Numbered from the stretch's first letter, positions 18,545 through 28,995 are shown. The stretch is 64,000 bases of DNA from Candidatus Heimdallarchaeota archaeon (GCA_018238155.1 JABCTZ010000046.1:192001-256000), one strand, 5' to 3'. The notes: generated by a model not told the origin, from the letters alone. Program-made: numbers and translations.

Positions 18545-19693
18545 ATGAAGTTTCTAATCTTAGGATCTGGTTATATGGGCAGAGCTGTCGCATATGATCT
18601 TGCACAAAGTAAAGATGTTGAAGAAATTCGCTTAGCGGATATTGACTTGTCTCAAGTTACAAAAGTTGCAGAATGGGTAAACAGTCCTTTGATAAAAGCC
18701 ATTGTAATGGATGTATCAGATAAAAATCAAGTATTAACAGCAATGGAAGGTATTGATTCAGTTATTGGTTGCATCTCCTACAAGTTCAATTATGATTTGT
18801 CAAAGCTTGCAATTAATTCTGGCGCAAATTATTGTGATCTCGGTGGAAATAATACCATAGTAAACAAACAATTCACACTTGATGATGAAGCAAAAGGAGC
18901 AGGTGTTACGATTATTCCTGATTGTAGTTTAGCGCCTGGAGTAGCTAGTGTTTTTGTTGCAGCAGGAACAGAAAAATTCGATTCTCTTGAAGAGATCCAC
19001 ATTCGAGTTGGTGGATTACCTCAGAATCCGAAACCGCCTTTGAATTATTCGTTGATATTTAATGTACAAGGATTAACAAATGAATATATTGAAATCGCAG
19101 AAGTGATTAGAGATGGGAAAATAACTCAAGTAGAGTCATTAACTGAAATTGAAGAAATAATTTTTCCGGAACCGTTTGGAAAATTAGAAGCATTTCAAAC
19201 ATCTGGAGGTACTTCTACCCTTCCCAAGACTTTCTTAGGGAAAATTAAGACACTTGATTATAAAACAATCCGGTATAAAGGTCATTGTGAGAAGATTAAA
19301 ACTATCCTAGATTTAGGCTTCAAAAGTGAAGAACCTGTTAAAATAAACGGTGGAACAACTACCCCCCGGGAATTTCTTGAGATGATACTTCTTAAGAGTC
19401 TAACGCATGAAGATACTAAAGATGTAACACTCTTACGTGTAGAAGTAATCGGTTTTGTTAACAAACTTAAAAAGAAATTTACTTTGCAGGTAATCGATTA
19501 TTTTGATGAAAAAAACAAAATTTCATCAATGATGAGAATGACTGCTTATCCAGCATCCATAATTGCTCAGATGATGGCAAATGGTATCATCAAAAAGAAA
19601 GGAGTAATAACGCAAGAATTCAACGTTCCATCGCAAATGATGATTGAAGAACTTCGGAAACGTAATATTCTAATAACTGAAGAACTGGAATAA
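18545..19693 (+). CDS. Saccharopine dehydrogenase / lysine 6-dehydrogenase family
   Basis: MKFLILGSGYMG Rossmann motif, YCDLGG, SLAPG, VGGLPQ, YKTIRYKGH; ATG at 18545 after GAGGT. Confidence 0.9.
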   Translation: MKFLILGSGYMGRAVAYDLAQSKDVEEIRLADIDLSQVTKVAEWVNSPLIKAIVMDVSDKNQVLTAMEGIDSVIGCISYKFNYDLSKLAINSGANYCDLGGNNTIVNKQFTLDDEAKGAGVTIIPDCSLAPGVASVFVAAGTEKFDSLEEIHIRVGGLPQNPKPPLNYSLIFNVQGLTNEYIEIAEVIRDGKITQVESLTEIEEIIFPEPFGKLEAFQTSGGTSTLPKTFLGKIKTLDYKTIRYKGHCEKIKTILDLGFKSEEPVKINGGTTTPREFLEMILLKSLTHEDTKDVTLLRVEVIGFVNKLKKKFTLQVIDYFDEKNKISSMMRMTAYPASIIAQMMANGIIKKKGVITQEFNVPSQMMIEELRKRNILITEELE

Positions 19694-19715
19694 GATGCTA
19701 AGGAGAAGATTCTCC

Positions 19716-20174
19716 TTAAGCTAATTTTTTCTCTTTATAATCAATTACTAATGCCCTTTGTTCTGATGTTTCTAACGCACATGGTCGTACTTCTTTCAAG
19801 TTTTTAATAGCTTCCTCACCATCCTTAGGATTATAGAACAATTTTTCTGCAAGTGCCAACATCACTCCGGTTCTCCCACAACCAGCATGACAATGAACAA
19901 GAACTGGCTTTTTCTCCTCTTTAGCTTTTGAAAAAACCTCTAAGAATTGTTCTATTTGCTCTGTTTTTGGAACACCAAAATCAGTAATATATAACTCTAT
20001 ATGCTCAAAATCAGCCTTCAGAGTTGAATGTTCGGCTAATTTGTTTATCTCTTCTTCCAGAGAAATAATTACCTTTATTCCTTGTTTTTTAATATAATCC
20101 AAATTTTCTTGTGTTTTAGGTAATTCAGATCCATAAAGTTCATTTTCTTTGAAACAATAGAAGTCAAATGTCAT
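19716..20174 (-). CDS. Dual-specificity / Cdc14-like protein phosphatase
   Basis: ITDFGVP acid loop, VLVHCHAGCGRTG CX5R motif, RPCALETSEQ; likely ATG at 20174. Confidence 0.9.
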   Translation of the reverse strand: MTFDFYCFKENELYGSELPKTQENLDYIKKQGIKVIISLEEEINKLAEHSTLKADFEHIELYITDFGVPKTEQIEQFLEVFSKAKEEKKPVLVHCHAGCGRTGVMLALAEKLFYNPKDGEEAIKNLKEVRPCALETSEQRALVIDYKEKKLA

Positions 20175-20200
20175 TTTCTTTACATCCTTTTTGCTTGAAT

Positions 20201-20770
20201 CTATTTTTTTTCGTTTAATCCCCAAAATCTTTTCTCTGCTCCTGCTGCTTCTCTTCTTTTCTTTATTGTTTCTGGATCAGCTAAATCTTCATCTTCATCA
20301 GGTTTTGTTTGGAATTTCTTTGATCGTATATAGAAGGAAATAACAATAAATAGGAAGATTACACCACCAAAAACAGCTAAAACAATATACACCGAATCAC
20401 TTGCACCTTGATTTAACAATATTAAATTAACTTCAAAATAACCTTCTGATGAACCCTCTGTTTCCAGAGAGAAGACTAATACAGTTACATTCACAATTTG
20501 GAATATTTGAGTTTCACCTTGAGCAATAGTTTTTGAAAATCCATTTACTGTTGCAGTAACATTTGCACCACCGTTAGAAACTGAAATACTGATAGATCCA
20601 TTATAATAATTATTATTTTCAATATTAAGAAATTCGACCTTTTCGTCATTGAGAAGAAATTCTTTTTTAGTATAACCACCTGAAACGAATGTGGAGATAA
20701 TTAATACAAAAATAACTATTAGAAATAAAATGCTCCTAGTTATTTGATTACTCTTTCTTCGTTTATTCAA
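20201..20770 (-). CDS. Membrane protein with small extracellular beta domain
   Basis: N- and C-terminal hydrophobic segments around a beta-rich region; charged tail. Confidence 0.75.
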   Translation of the reverse strand: MNKRRKSNQITRSILFLIVIFVLIISTFVSGGYTKKEFLLNDEKVEFLNIENNNYYNGSISISVSNGGANVTATVNGFSKTIAQGETQIFQIVNVTVLVFSLETEGSSEGYFEVNLILLNQGASDSVYIVLAVFGGVIFLFIVISFYIRSKKFQTKPDEDEDLADPETIKKRREAAGAEKRFWGLNEKK

Positions 20771-20779
20771 AATCGTCCC

Positions 20780-22192
20780 TCAATCATTATTCTCTAATGA
20801 AGTAATTGATCCGAATTTCTCTGCCGTGTCAGTCATTTTCGATTTCTTGCCAGAATCTTCAACAAGGTCGAAGATAAATATATCTTCACCATCATCAGCT
20901 TTTATGACTGTAACAGTATCTTCTATTAGTTCTTGTTCTTTCATTTTAACTTTATTTTCTAATTCCTCTTTATTCATTATTTCTATAGCAAGTTTGCTTT
21001 TCTTTAGTAGATTAAAGAGAATTAAGCCCAAACGAGCATTTGTTTCGAAGTGCATTTCTACACAATTATGATGGTAAACTTCATTAGTTATTCTTGTTTT
21101 GTTATGAATTTTTGATACAAGAGACATACCTTCACCATTGTTCGGGATTTTAATATGGAAAGAGAAAGTTTCGAGAATGTTCAAGATTTGTTCTTTAATA
21201 TCTATTAAATGAATTTGATCTTTTGCACTAACCAATATCGGTTTTGTTCTTAATGCAGCTTCAACAATTGCTGCTTTCTCTTCAACGTTTTCTGCGATAT
21301 CTATTTTGTTCAACACTGGAATGAGGGGAATTCCTTCTGCTTGGATTGCTGTTAAAGTATTCATTGATGCTAACACTTTTCTAGTGATATTATCTTTCGA
21401 GTCATAACAATCAATTAAAAATAGAATTAAATCTGCATCTTTGATTTCTTTCAGTGTTGCATAGAAAGCAGCCATAAGAACATGAGGTAATCTAGAAATA
21501 AAGCCCACAGTATCTGTAACGAGAATCTTTCTCCCATATGATTCAAAACTTCTTGTAGTAGTAGACAAAGTAGTAAACATCTGACCACATACTTCTACAT
21601 CAGCCTTTGTTAATGCATTCATTAAAGTGCTTTTACCGGCATTTGTATAACCACAAATAGCAATTAAATCGAATCCTGAACTCACCCTTCTTTTTCTTCT
21701 TAGATCTTTTGCTTTTCTAATGTGATCAAGTTTCTTTTCAAGTTTTTTGATTGTTTTGTGACGAGTTTCTACTGATCGATGATCTTCGAGCCTTGACCCT
21801 CCAACCTTTTTTAAGGCAGCAAGACGAATTTGTGTTATTGCTTCCAAGGTTCCAGCTCTTCTGATAAAAATCTCCAGAATTAATTCAAATCTATCAATTA
21901 TTTCTACTCTCCACATCTTTCGTAGATTATCTAATTGATTTATTTCAAGTTTATTTTCAATAATTACAACATCAATTTCTAGCTCTTTCACTTTTCCTTT
22001 AATTTCTTTGGCTTTTCCCTTCCCAAATAAATATTCAGGATGTGATTTTTGGATATTTTGAGTAACTTTACCCACAACATGATATCCAGAAACATAGGCC
22101 AATTCAGAAAGCTCTGATAGATGATCCCCTTGTTTTCTATCAAGAATGGCTTCAACCAATAAAGCTCTTTGTGTCTGAGTTTTGCCGGACAT
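20780..22192 (-). CDS. hflX: Ribosome-associated GTPase HflX
   Basis: GKGK, IDRFELILEIF, GYTNAGKSTL, MFTTL, DTVGFI, LNKID, SAK. Confidence 0.93.
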   Translation of the reverse strand: MSGKTQTQRALLVEAILDRKQGDHLSELSELAYVSGYHVVGKVTQNIQKSHPEYLFGKGKAKEIKGKVKELEIDVVIIENKLEINQLDNLRKMWRVEIIDRFELILEIFIRRAGTLEAITQIRLAALKKVGGSRLEDHRSVETRHKTIKKLEKKLDHIRKAKDLRRKRRVSSGFDLIAICGYTNAGKSTLMNALTKADVEVCGQMFTTLSTTTRSFESYGRKILVTDTVGFISRLPHVLMAAFYATLKEIKDADLILFLIDCYDSKDNITRKVLASMNTLTAIQAEGIPLIPVLNKIDIAENVEEKAAIVEAALRTKPILVSAKDQIHLIDIKEQILNILETFSFHIKIPNNGEGMSLVSKIHNKTRITNEVYHHNCVEMHFETNARLGLILFNLLKKSKLAIEIMNKEELENKVKMKEQELIEDTVTVIKADDGEDIFIFDLVEDSGKKSKMTDTAEKFGSITSLENND

Positions 22193-22366
22193 TTTGTGCA
22201 CCAAAATTTTGAGTTATCTTCAAGTATTAATTTTTCTTCACACAATAAAAGTTAGTTGATATCTCCTTTAAATAGATAATGAAAATGCTTCTTTAAAATA
22301 GTTTATTCATCAGTAAATAGTATTTTATATTGAAAACTATTAAATTCAAGCATTTATTACTCTAAG

Positions 22367-22762
22367 TTGAATGCCTTGAATAATAATAAAAATTCCCACG
22401 ATCCAGAAGCATATAGTAAAAAGCTTGAAGAAGTAAATATTCTTCTTGAGACAAAACCTGAAGATGTAACACTTCTCCTGGAAAGAGCTTCATGTTTAAG
22501 ACACTTGAACAAACTGAAAGAGGCATTTCAAATCCATCAAGAACTTTTTTCTCAATACCCAGATAATTTTGATTATGTATTTATGATGGGATTATTGTTA
22601 ATTGAATTCGATAAATATGAAGAAGCAATAAAATATTTTGATCAAGTGTTAGAACAAAAGCCAAATCATCGTGATGCAAATTTCAACAAAGGGTTAGCAC
22701 TTCAACGATTAGGAAAAAAGAAGGAAGGAGAAAAATACATGGAAAAAGCAATGGGTTTTTAG
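22367..22762 (+). CDS. TPR protein
   Basis: Two to three TPR motifs (YEEAIKYFDQVLEQKPN; ANFNKGLALQRLG). Confidence 0.85.
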   Translation: MNALNNNKNSHDPEAYSKKLEEVNILLETKPEDVTLLLERASCLRHLNKLKEAFQIHQELFSQYPDNFDYVFMMGLLLIEFDKYEEAIKYFDQVLEQKPNHRDANFNKGLALQRLGKKKEGEKYMEKAMGF

Positions 22763-22842
22763 AATTTATTTCTAATAATAACTTTGAAATAAAGCGAAAG
22801 GTTACCATTTCAAGATAAACAATAATTACTACTCTTAGAGAG

Positions 22843-23916
22843 ATGAAATATATGAATAATCATGATACCAATGCCTTTGAATCTAAAATTGTTGTAAAAG
22901 CTAAATTGGCTCGCAAAAGTCTCAAAGATATCGTTAAAACCATCAAGAGTTTAAAAGTAAATTTTTATCCACTACCAGAAGCAGGCAAAGCAAGGAGAAT
23001 TGCTGCCTTAGATGGAGGTGGTTATTCAGAAGATTTCATTGGTATAACCGTTATGCCTGCCAGAGCTGCAGGAGCAATCTTTGAACAGGGAAAGGATCCT
23101 ATTTGGATAGAAGAAAATGATGTTGAAATTCTTACCATGGAAGATGACTCTAGAAATTATGGAGCACTTTTTAGAGATTTACTGGAGGTTAAAGTTGCTC
23201 TTCAATTAATGGAAAAGAAGCCGGATATTTTATTTTTAGATGGTTCGATTACCAATTTTGCTTACAAAGGAATACCACATAGTTTGAAATATTCTCTTGA
23301 CGATACTAGCTCAATAGAAGAGGGGAGCTATATTGATAAATTCCTTAACCTTTATCAAGAATTTATTCAGTCAGCCTATAAATTGATTACCAAATGCACA
23401 GAAAAAGAGGTTATTTTGGTTGGTGTTTCTAAAGACTCTCGAGCAGATATTCTTGGTAAGCATCTATTTGCTCAAAAGAAAAAACTCGCATTTAATGATG
23501 TCACTCTTGTAAATATTATAGCAAATGGAAAAACAGGATTTACAAAACCAATTGAATTTACTCCAACAATAAGGGAGCTCCGAAAGAAAATCTGGAAAGC
23601 TTCCGAAGTTTTTCAAGAAGAGAAATTCCAATCATTTTATTTGAGCTATTTTATCCTAAAGGAAGGCGGACTTCCAATACGAATTGATTCACTTATACCC
23701 CAGAAGAAATTTTTAAAGGATATTCAGAAAGCACTGGTAACATACCATGATGGAAGTGGATTCATTACGCCTGCGTATTTAACACATAACCGAGCACATA
23801 TGAAACAAGATCTGGGGCAGCGAATAATCAACTACATTGCCGAGGAAATTTTCGAAGAGTCACCAGAAATCTACAGAGCTTTCTTTACAAAGAAAAGAAG
23901 AGATGTTATCCAGTAG
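22843..23916 (+). CDS. NurA-family nuclease
   Basis: IAALDGG, LE, ILFLDGS, GVSKDS, GFITPAYLTHNRA (NurA H motif). Confidence 0.82.
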   Translation: MKYMNNHDTNAFESKIVVKAKLARKSLKDIVKTIKSLKVNFYPLPEAGKARRIAALDGGGYSEDFIGITVMPARAAGAIFEQGKDPIWIEENDVEILTMEDDSRNYGALFRDLLEVKVALQLMEKKPDILFLDGSITNFAYKGIPHSLKYSLDDTSSIEEGSYIDKFLNLYQEFIQSAYKLITKCTEKEVILVGVSKDSRADILGKHLFAQKKKLAFNDVTLVNIIANGKTGFTKPIEFTPTIRELRKKIWKASEVFQEEKFQSFYLSYFILKEGGLPIRIDSLIPQKKFLKDIQKALVTYHDGSGFITPAYLTHNRAHMKQDLGQRIINYIAEEIFEESPEIYRAFFTKKRRDVIQ

Positions 23917-23999
23917 AAACCTCATTTATATCAGAATTACTAAAATAAAAGAAGTCCACTATCGAAAGGTATTTTATGGGAATGTGAAATTAATAGCGT

Positions 24000-24992
24000 A
24001 TGCTCAGAAAGGGTAAAGAGAAATCCAGAGTAATTCTTTTTTGTGGATTATCTAATGCTGGAAAAACGACAATTCAAAATATCTTTACGAAAGGTGATGT
24101 TTTCAAAACCGCACCTACGTTAGGCATTTCCCTTAATACGCTATCATTCAAAGATATGCATTTTAGAATTTTTGATCTTGGTGGACAAGAACGTTTCCGA
24201 GAAGAAATTACTCCTCTTCTGCCTTTTGCTGATATCATTGTTTTTGTTATGGATGCAAGTGATAAGAAACGGTTTGAAGAAGTCAATGGTGAATTTCGCA
24301 GAATTTTAAAACACACAGATAAGAAGCTCACTCCAATTTGTGTTCTTCGCCATAAATCGGACCTTAAGAAAACTATGAAAGAAAAATATGTTATAAATAA
24401 GTTAGGCTTGAAAGGCATTTTGAATCGACCTTGGGATGTTTTCAGTACAAGCGCAGTTACTCTTGATGGTTTATTGGACGTTTTCAAATGGATTTACGAA
24501 CAAACTAGTGGAGAGAAATTAGAATTCATTGTAGACAAGAAAAAAGAAGAAGATCATTCGTTTCATTTCCCATGTCCAATGAAAAAGGAATTCGAAAATG
24601 GAACTACTTTTTGTTTGAATCGCGATGAATTTATAGAAACGGAAGCAACTAATTTTGGTTTTCATGATGAAGTAAATAAAATGGTACTTAAAATTCTTCC
24701 AGATTTACGAAAAGAGGCAATTGAAAATTCTGGGAATGAAATTTGCCCTGATTTCTGTATAAAGAAAAATAGAGAAGAAATTTTGAGGTGCCCTGTTACG
24801 AAATATCAAATCGAAACTCGCGGAATAAAAGTAACTCTAAAACGATATGAAGATTCGCTAGTTTTATCGCAAATATATGGTGCGAAAATTGGTGAGGATT
24901 TATGCCGTGAGTGTATCTACAAAATAATTATTTCTCCAGACACTCTATTAAGTGAGGATGATCTGAGACAGTTAACCAAATCTTTCAAATAG
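24000..24992 (+). CDS. Arf/Sar-like small GTPase with Cys-rich C-terminal domain
   Basis: GLSNAGKTT, PTLG, FDLGGQERFR, VMDASD, HKSD (G4 variant), TSA; C-terminal ~150 aa with 7 Cys. Confidence 0.9.
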   Translation: MLRKGKEKSRVILFCGLSNAGKTTIQNIFTKGDVFKTAPTLGISLNTLSFKDMHFRIFDLGGQERFREEITPLLPFADIIVFVMDASDKKRFEEVNGEFRRILKHTDKKLTPICVLRHKSDLKKTMKEKYVINKLGLKGILNRPWDVFSTSAVTLDGLLDVFKWIYEQTSGEKLEFIVDKKKEEDHSFHFPCPMKKEFENGTTFCLNRDEFIETEATNFGFHDEVNKMVLKILPDLRKEAIENSGNEICPDFCIKKNREEILRCPVTKYQIETRGIKVTLKRYEDSLVLSQIYGAKIGEDLCRECIYKIIISPDTLLSEDDLRQLTKSFK

Positions 24993-25101
24993 ATAATTTT
25001 GTTTTTCTAATATTTATCAGTCAGTTTCTTCAGTAACAGATGAAGTTAAAAATCCAAGAATATTATTCTAATATAAATAGTATTTTTTAATTGAACCTTG
25101 A

Positions 25102-27879
25102 GTGACGAAAATGTCTAGAAATGCTGAGTTTAGCTTCATGCTAATAGATATTGATTACAAAATTGACAAAAACGCATCATTTCCAACAGTTCGTTTATTT
25201 GGGAAGACCAACAAAGAAAATGTTTTAGTTAAAATAAAAGATTTTCATCCATATTTCTACTTGACGAAAAAAAACGGTTTGGATGAATTCATTGAGAAGG
25301 ATTCCATAGTTCGCAATTGGATTATTCGGAAAGAGGACGTTTCTAGGAAAAGGTATTTTGGAGGAGAGCAGATACAATTAGTGCAGCTCTTTGGTACTCG
25401 CCCAGAACAAACTCCAACTATTAGGCAAAGATTTCTTCGAGCAGGATTTGAAATTCATGAAGCAGATATACCTTTTGTTAAACGTGTTCTTCTTGATTTG
25501 AATGTTAGGTGCTTGAATGTAATAAAAGTAAAAGCAACAACGATTCAATTAAAAGACAAGAATATATTTCTTGAAGCAAAATACAAAAATATTCGCCCTG
25601 CTCATGAGGAAAAGATTTCCTCACTTGATTATTTCTATAAATTAAAAATAATGGCTTTTGATATTGAAGTAGATCATCAAACAGAAACTATTCAGCAACT
25701 CATAACTGAAACTAGAAAGAGAATCACAGTAATATCTTATGCGTTAGGAACAAACTCTCGAGAGTATAAGAAAAAAATATTCGTTTTAGAAAAAAATACA
25801 GACATAGATGAAAGAAGAGTCCTTTTGGAATTCCTTAATGATATTGCAAAAATTCAACCGGATGCTTTAATCACTTTTAATGGTGATAATTTTGATATAC
25901 CATATATCCTTGCAAGAATGGACAAATTAGGCATTGAAAATAAACTTTTCACACAATTTAGAGAAGAAGCGGTTTTTTACTCAAATAGACATCGAACATT
26001 CAGAATTAAAGGAAGAATATCATTTGATATATCACCTCGTACCTGGGGTATTCATCCCGTTTCAGGCAAGAAAAGCTTAGGAGATATTGCAGAAACAGTT
26101 TTGGATGAGGGAAAAATCGAAATTCAACGAACAACAGGAGAAATTTGGCATTCCGCGTATCTTGATGGTAATTCTGCAGATAAAGCATTGCTGAAAAAAT
26201 ATGCTATTAGAGATAGTGTGCTCACCTATCAACTCTTCTGGAAATTAGGCATACACGGTTGGTTTGAAGTAATACGATTAACTGGGTTTCCAGCGGGAGA
26301 ATCACCTGCAAGTACTGAAAGAATTCAAGGTGAGTTTGAATTAATGCGTTTTTGTTGTCTTAAAGGAGTACTTATTCCAATGGCTCCTAATGACAAAGAA
26401 GTTGTTCAAAGGTCAACTGACCGGAAAAAAAATCCTCATATGGGAGGAACGGTCCTTATTCCTAAAGGCTCCTTACATGTAGGAGTAATAATTAGTGATT
26501 TTAGAAGTATGTATCCTTCTGTTTGTGTTGCACATAATATCGGTGGAGAGTCCTTGAAAAAATTCAAGGAGATTGAAAGAGTAAATCCTCTCGAGATGTT
26601 CAATACTAAACCACAATCATGTCTTTCTTTGATGGAAGCCACATTGATTAATAGAAGGAAAGAAGTAAAAAACAAAATTAATAAAATCACTCAGAAAATT
26701 ACCAAAAAAACAGATAAAACAACTCTGATGAAATTACTAAACGATAAAGAAATACTCAATAAAGAACAGTATTCATTAAAAATCGTTGCAAATTCAATGT
26801 ATGGTGCACACAACTATATCCGCAGTCGCTTTTATTCCATCACTTTAGGAAATGCAATAACAAATATTGCTCGAACATATATTCTTAGAATGGAGAAATT
26901 GCTCCGGAAAATTTCCAAAGAAATAACTCCAGTTGAAATTGTTTATGGCGATACCGATAGCGCTTTCATCAAAATTCTTGATGAAGGTTTGGTTATAGAT
27001 GTCTATAATGAAAAGAATCCATCTAAGAAAAAGAAAAAAATGGCTAAATTATTATTATTAACTGATAAAATATTAGAAAATTTAAATAAACAATTTCCAG
27101 AAGCAATGGATTTAACATTAGAAGATTTTGCATATAAATTAATATTCAAACCAGGTCGTGCAAAAGCTTATAGCTATTTTAGTTTATTAGATAATCATCT
27201 GCAAATAAAGGGATTTGAAGCAGTAAGATCCGATTGGTCTTTTCTCTCTCGAGATGCGCAAAAGAAAGTTCTGGAACTTATTTTAAAAGAACCTGTTAAG
27301 AAAAGTAAGAAGCATGAGAAAAATATCGAATTTGTTGATCTAGGAGTAAAAAAAGCAACTAAATATCTAGTAAATTTATCCAAGGATATTTTACAAATGC
27401 CTGCAGAAGAATTACTAGAAAAAGCAATGGTACTATCCCCAATTAAAAAAGAACCAAGTAAATATAAAGCGAAAATGCCTGCGGTTCTTGCTTTCCTCGA
27501 TTTTGCAAAAAAAGAAGAGTTGGATCCAACTACAGAATGGAAGGAATATGATAAATTTCCATGGGTGATTACACCAGGAACAGGTTTGATTAGTGACCGT
27601 GCAAGACATCCAAAATATGCAACAGATATCGATCGAAATCATTATGTAACAGAAATTCTCCGTGCATCAGAAGGATTTGGTATCAAAATTTCATTACAAG
27701 ATATTAAGAATAAACTTACAATGGAACCTATTGATGAGATACTTAAAAGACTGCCAAAAAAATCTGCTGATGAGAGAGAATTCAGTGATACTTTTGACAA
27801 AAAAACAGCTAAGCAAAAATCGAAACAAACAAAATTAAGTGCATTTATTGTTGAAGAAGAAAATCAACACGATCATTAA
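25102..27879 (+). CDS. polB: B-family DNA polymerase with 3'-5' exonuclease and C-terminal PIP box
   Basis: ExoI FDIE, ExoII FNGDNFD, ExoIII YAIRD; PolA DFRSMYPS, PolB KIVANSMYG, PolC YGDTDS; KGFEAVRSDW; QTKLSAFI. Confidence 0.95.
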   Translation: MTKMSRNAEFSFMLIDIDYKIDKNASFPTVRLFGKTNKENVLVKIKDFHPYFYLTKKNGLDEFIEKDSIVRNWIIRKEDVSRKRYFGGEQIQLVQLFGTRPEQTPTIRQRFLRAGFEIHEADIPFVKRVLLDLNVRCLNVIKVKATTIQLKDKNIFLEAKYKNIRPAHEEKISSLDYFYKLKIMAFDIEVDHQTETIQQLITETRKRITVISYALGTNSREYKKKIFVLEKNTDIDERRVLLEFLNDIAKIQPDALITFNGDNFDIPYILARMDKLGIENKLFTQFREEAVFYSNRHRTFRIKGRISFDISPRTWGIHPVSGKKSLGDIAETVLDEGKIEIQRTTGEIWHSAYLDGNSADKALLKKYAIRDSVLTYQLFWKLGIHGWFEVIRLTGFPAGESPASTERIQGEFELMRFCCLKGVLIPMAPNDKEVVQRSTDRKKNPHMGGTVLIPKGSLHVGVIISDFRSMYPSVCVAHNIGGESLKKFKEIERVNPLEMFNTKPQSCLSLMEATLINRRKEVKNKINKITQKITKKTDKTTLMKLLNDKEILNKEQYSLKIVANSMYGAHNYIRSRFYSITLGNAITNIARTYILRMEKLLRKISKEITPVEIVYGDTDSAFIKILDEGLVIDVYNEKNPSKKKKKMAKLLLLTDKILENLNKQFPEAMDLTLEDFAYKLIFKPGRAKAYSYFSLLDNHLQIKGFEAVRSDWSFLSRDAQKKVLELILKEPVKKSKKHEKNIEFVDLGVKKATKYLVNLSKDILQMPAEELLEKAMVLSPIKKEPSKYKAKMPAVLAFLDFAKKEELDPTTEWKEYDKFPWVITPGTGLISDRARHPKYATDIDRNHYVTEILRASEGFGIKISLQDIKNKLTMEPIDEILKRLPKKSADEREFSDTFDKKTAKQKSKQTKLSAFIVEEENQHDH

Positions 27880-27975
27880 TTTTTCGGTAAAAAACTAGTT
27901 TAACCTTTATTAGTAAACTATAAACATGTAAAACTAAAATAAAATGAAAAATAAAGGAGAAAAATAAGCAGTTAA

Positions 27976-28140
27976 TTAAATAACTGTTTGATCTTTGGCA
28001 ACTTTTTCTTTTCGTCTTTCAAGCGAGCTCTTCATTCCCTTTGCAACAAAATAGCCAATTATTATTGGAAGTGCAAAGACAACACCAAATAATATTGTTC
28101 CAAAAAATGCCCAGCCGATACTTGTTGGATTTCTAACCAT
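27976..28140 (-). CDS. 54-aa single-TM small protein (not in ORF track)
   Basis: MVRNPTSIGWAFFGTILFGVVFALPIIIGYFVAKGMKSSLERRKEKVAKDQTVI; AGGTG SD just upstream, TTATAA box further upstream. Confidence 0.7.
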   Translation of the reverse strand: MVRNPTSIGWAFFGTILFGVVFALPIIIGYFVAKGMKSSLERRKEKVAKDQTVI

Positions 28141-28269
28141 AATTTACACCTATTGGTTCTTTGTGAATATATCTGATAAAAGACTCTAACTTATAAGAGT
28201 TTTTACTATTTTAAATTGTATTTACTCTTATAAAAGTAAAGTTATTATTTTCACATTTATTATTCTAAA

Positions 28270-28956
28270 TCATTCAACTACTAGAAGCAGTTCAACTAGA
28301 GAGGAGATGATATTATTACTCTTTTTTACTTTGACTTTATGAAGGTCATGTTTTCCAGTATTGACTGCAATTATTTGCATTCGGGCATTGTTAGCAGCTT
28401 CAATATCGTGTGGTGAATCGCCTAATACTAGGCAATGTTTAGGAACAATATTTACTTTTTTTGCTGCTTTTAGAAACGCTTGTGGATTTGGTTTTCCAAT
28501 TGTTATATCTTCTCCAGTAATAATTACTTTGAAATACTGATCCATTTTAACAGCTTTTAACATTTTCATTACATTGTACTTTGGTGTTGAGGATGCTAAG
28601 CAAAGTGGCATATCTATTCCTTTTAGATAATCTAATAATTTAATGGCTCCATCAAAAATAGGGATTCTATCTAGCAAATTGGAGAGAATCATTTCTTTTT
28701 TCAAAGCTAATTGTTCTAATTTCTTATTGTCTTTAGCTAGTTCAGGTATTAGTGACTTGAGAGTATCTTTTGGCGTTCGACCCATATTTTCAGCTATTGC
28801 CTCATAAGAGATATCCAATGCTATTTCAGTAAATAGTATTTCAAATGCTTGGATGTGTTTGTCAAGTGTATCAACAAGTGTTCCATCTAAATCAAATATT
28901 ATACATCGGATTTTCCATTGTTTTATTAGAGAGTCAATTCGAATCAAGTATCTCAC
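28270..28956 (-). CDS. HAD-superfamily phosphatase (beta-PGM-like)
   Basis: IFDLDGTLVD, LASS, GKPNP, LGDSPHDIEAA. Confidence 0.92.
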   Translation of the reverse strand: MRYLIRIDSLIKQWKIRCIIFDLDGTLVDTLDKHIQAFEILFTEIALDISYEAIAENMGRTPKDTLKSLIPELAKDNKKLEQLALKKEMILSNLLDRIPIFDGAIKLLDYLKGIDMPLCLASSTPKYNVMKMLKAVKMDQYFKVIITGEDITIGKPNPQAFLKAAKKVNIVPKHCLVLGDSPHDIEAANNARMQIIAVNTGKHDLHKVKVKKSNNIISSLVELLLVVE

Positions 28957-28995
28957 AACATATATAATGAAAATTCCTCATATGCTTTAAATTTA

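Noticed and set aside
25102-27879. PolB as a casposon/viral polymerase, an inactivated PolB2, or intein-containing
   Set aside because: Catalytic motifs are intact, it has a PIP box, and there are no TPR1/2 protein-priming insertions, cas1, terminal repeats or intein motifs
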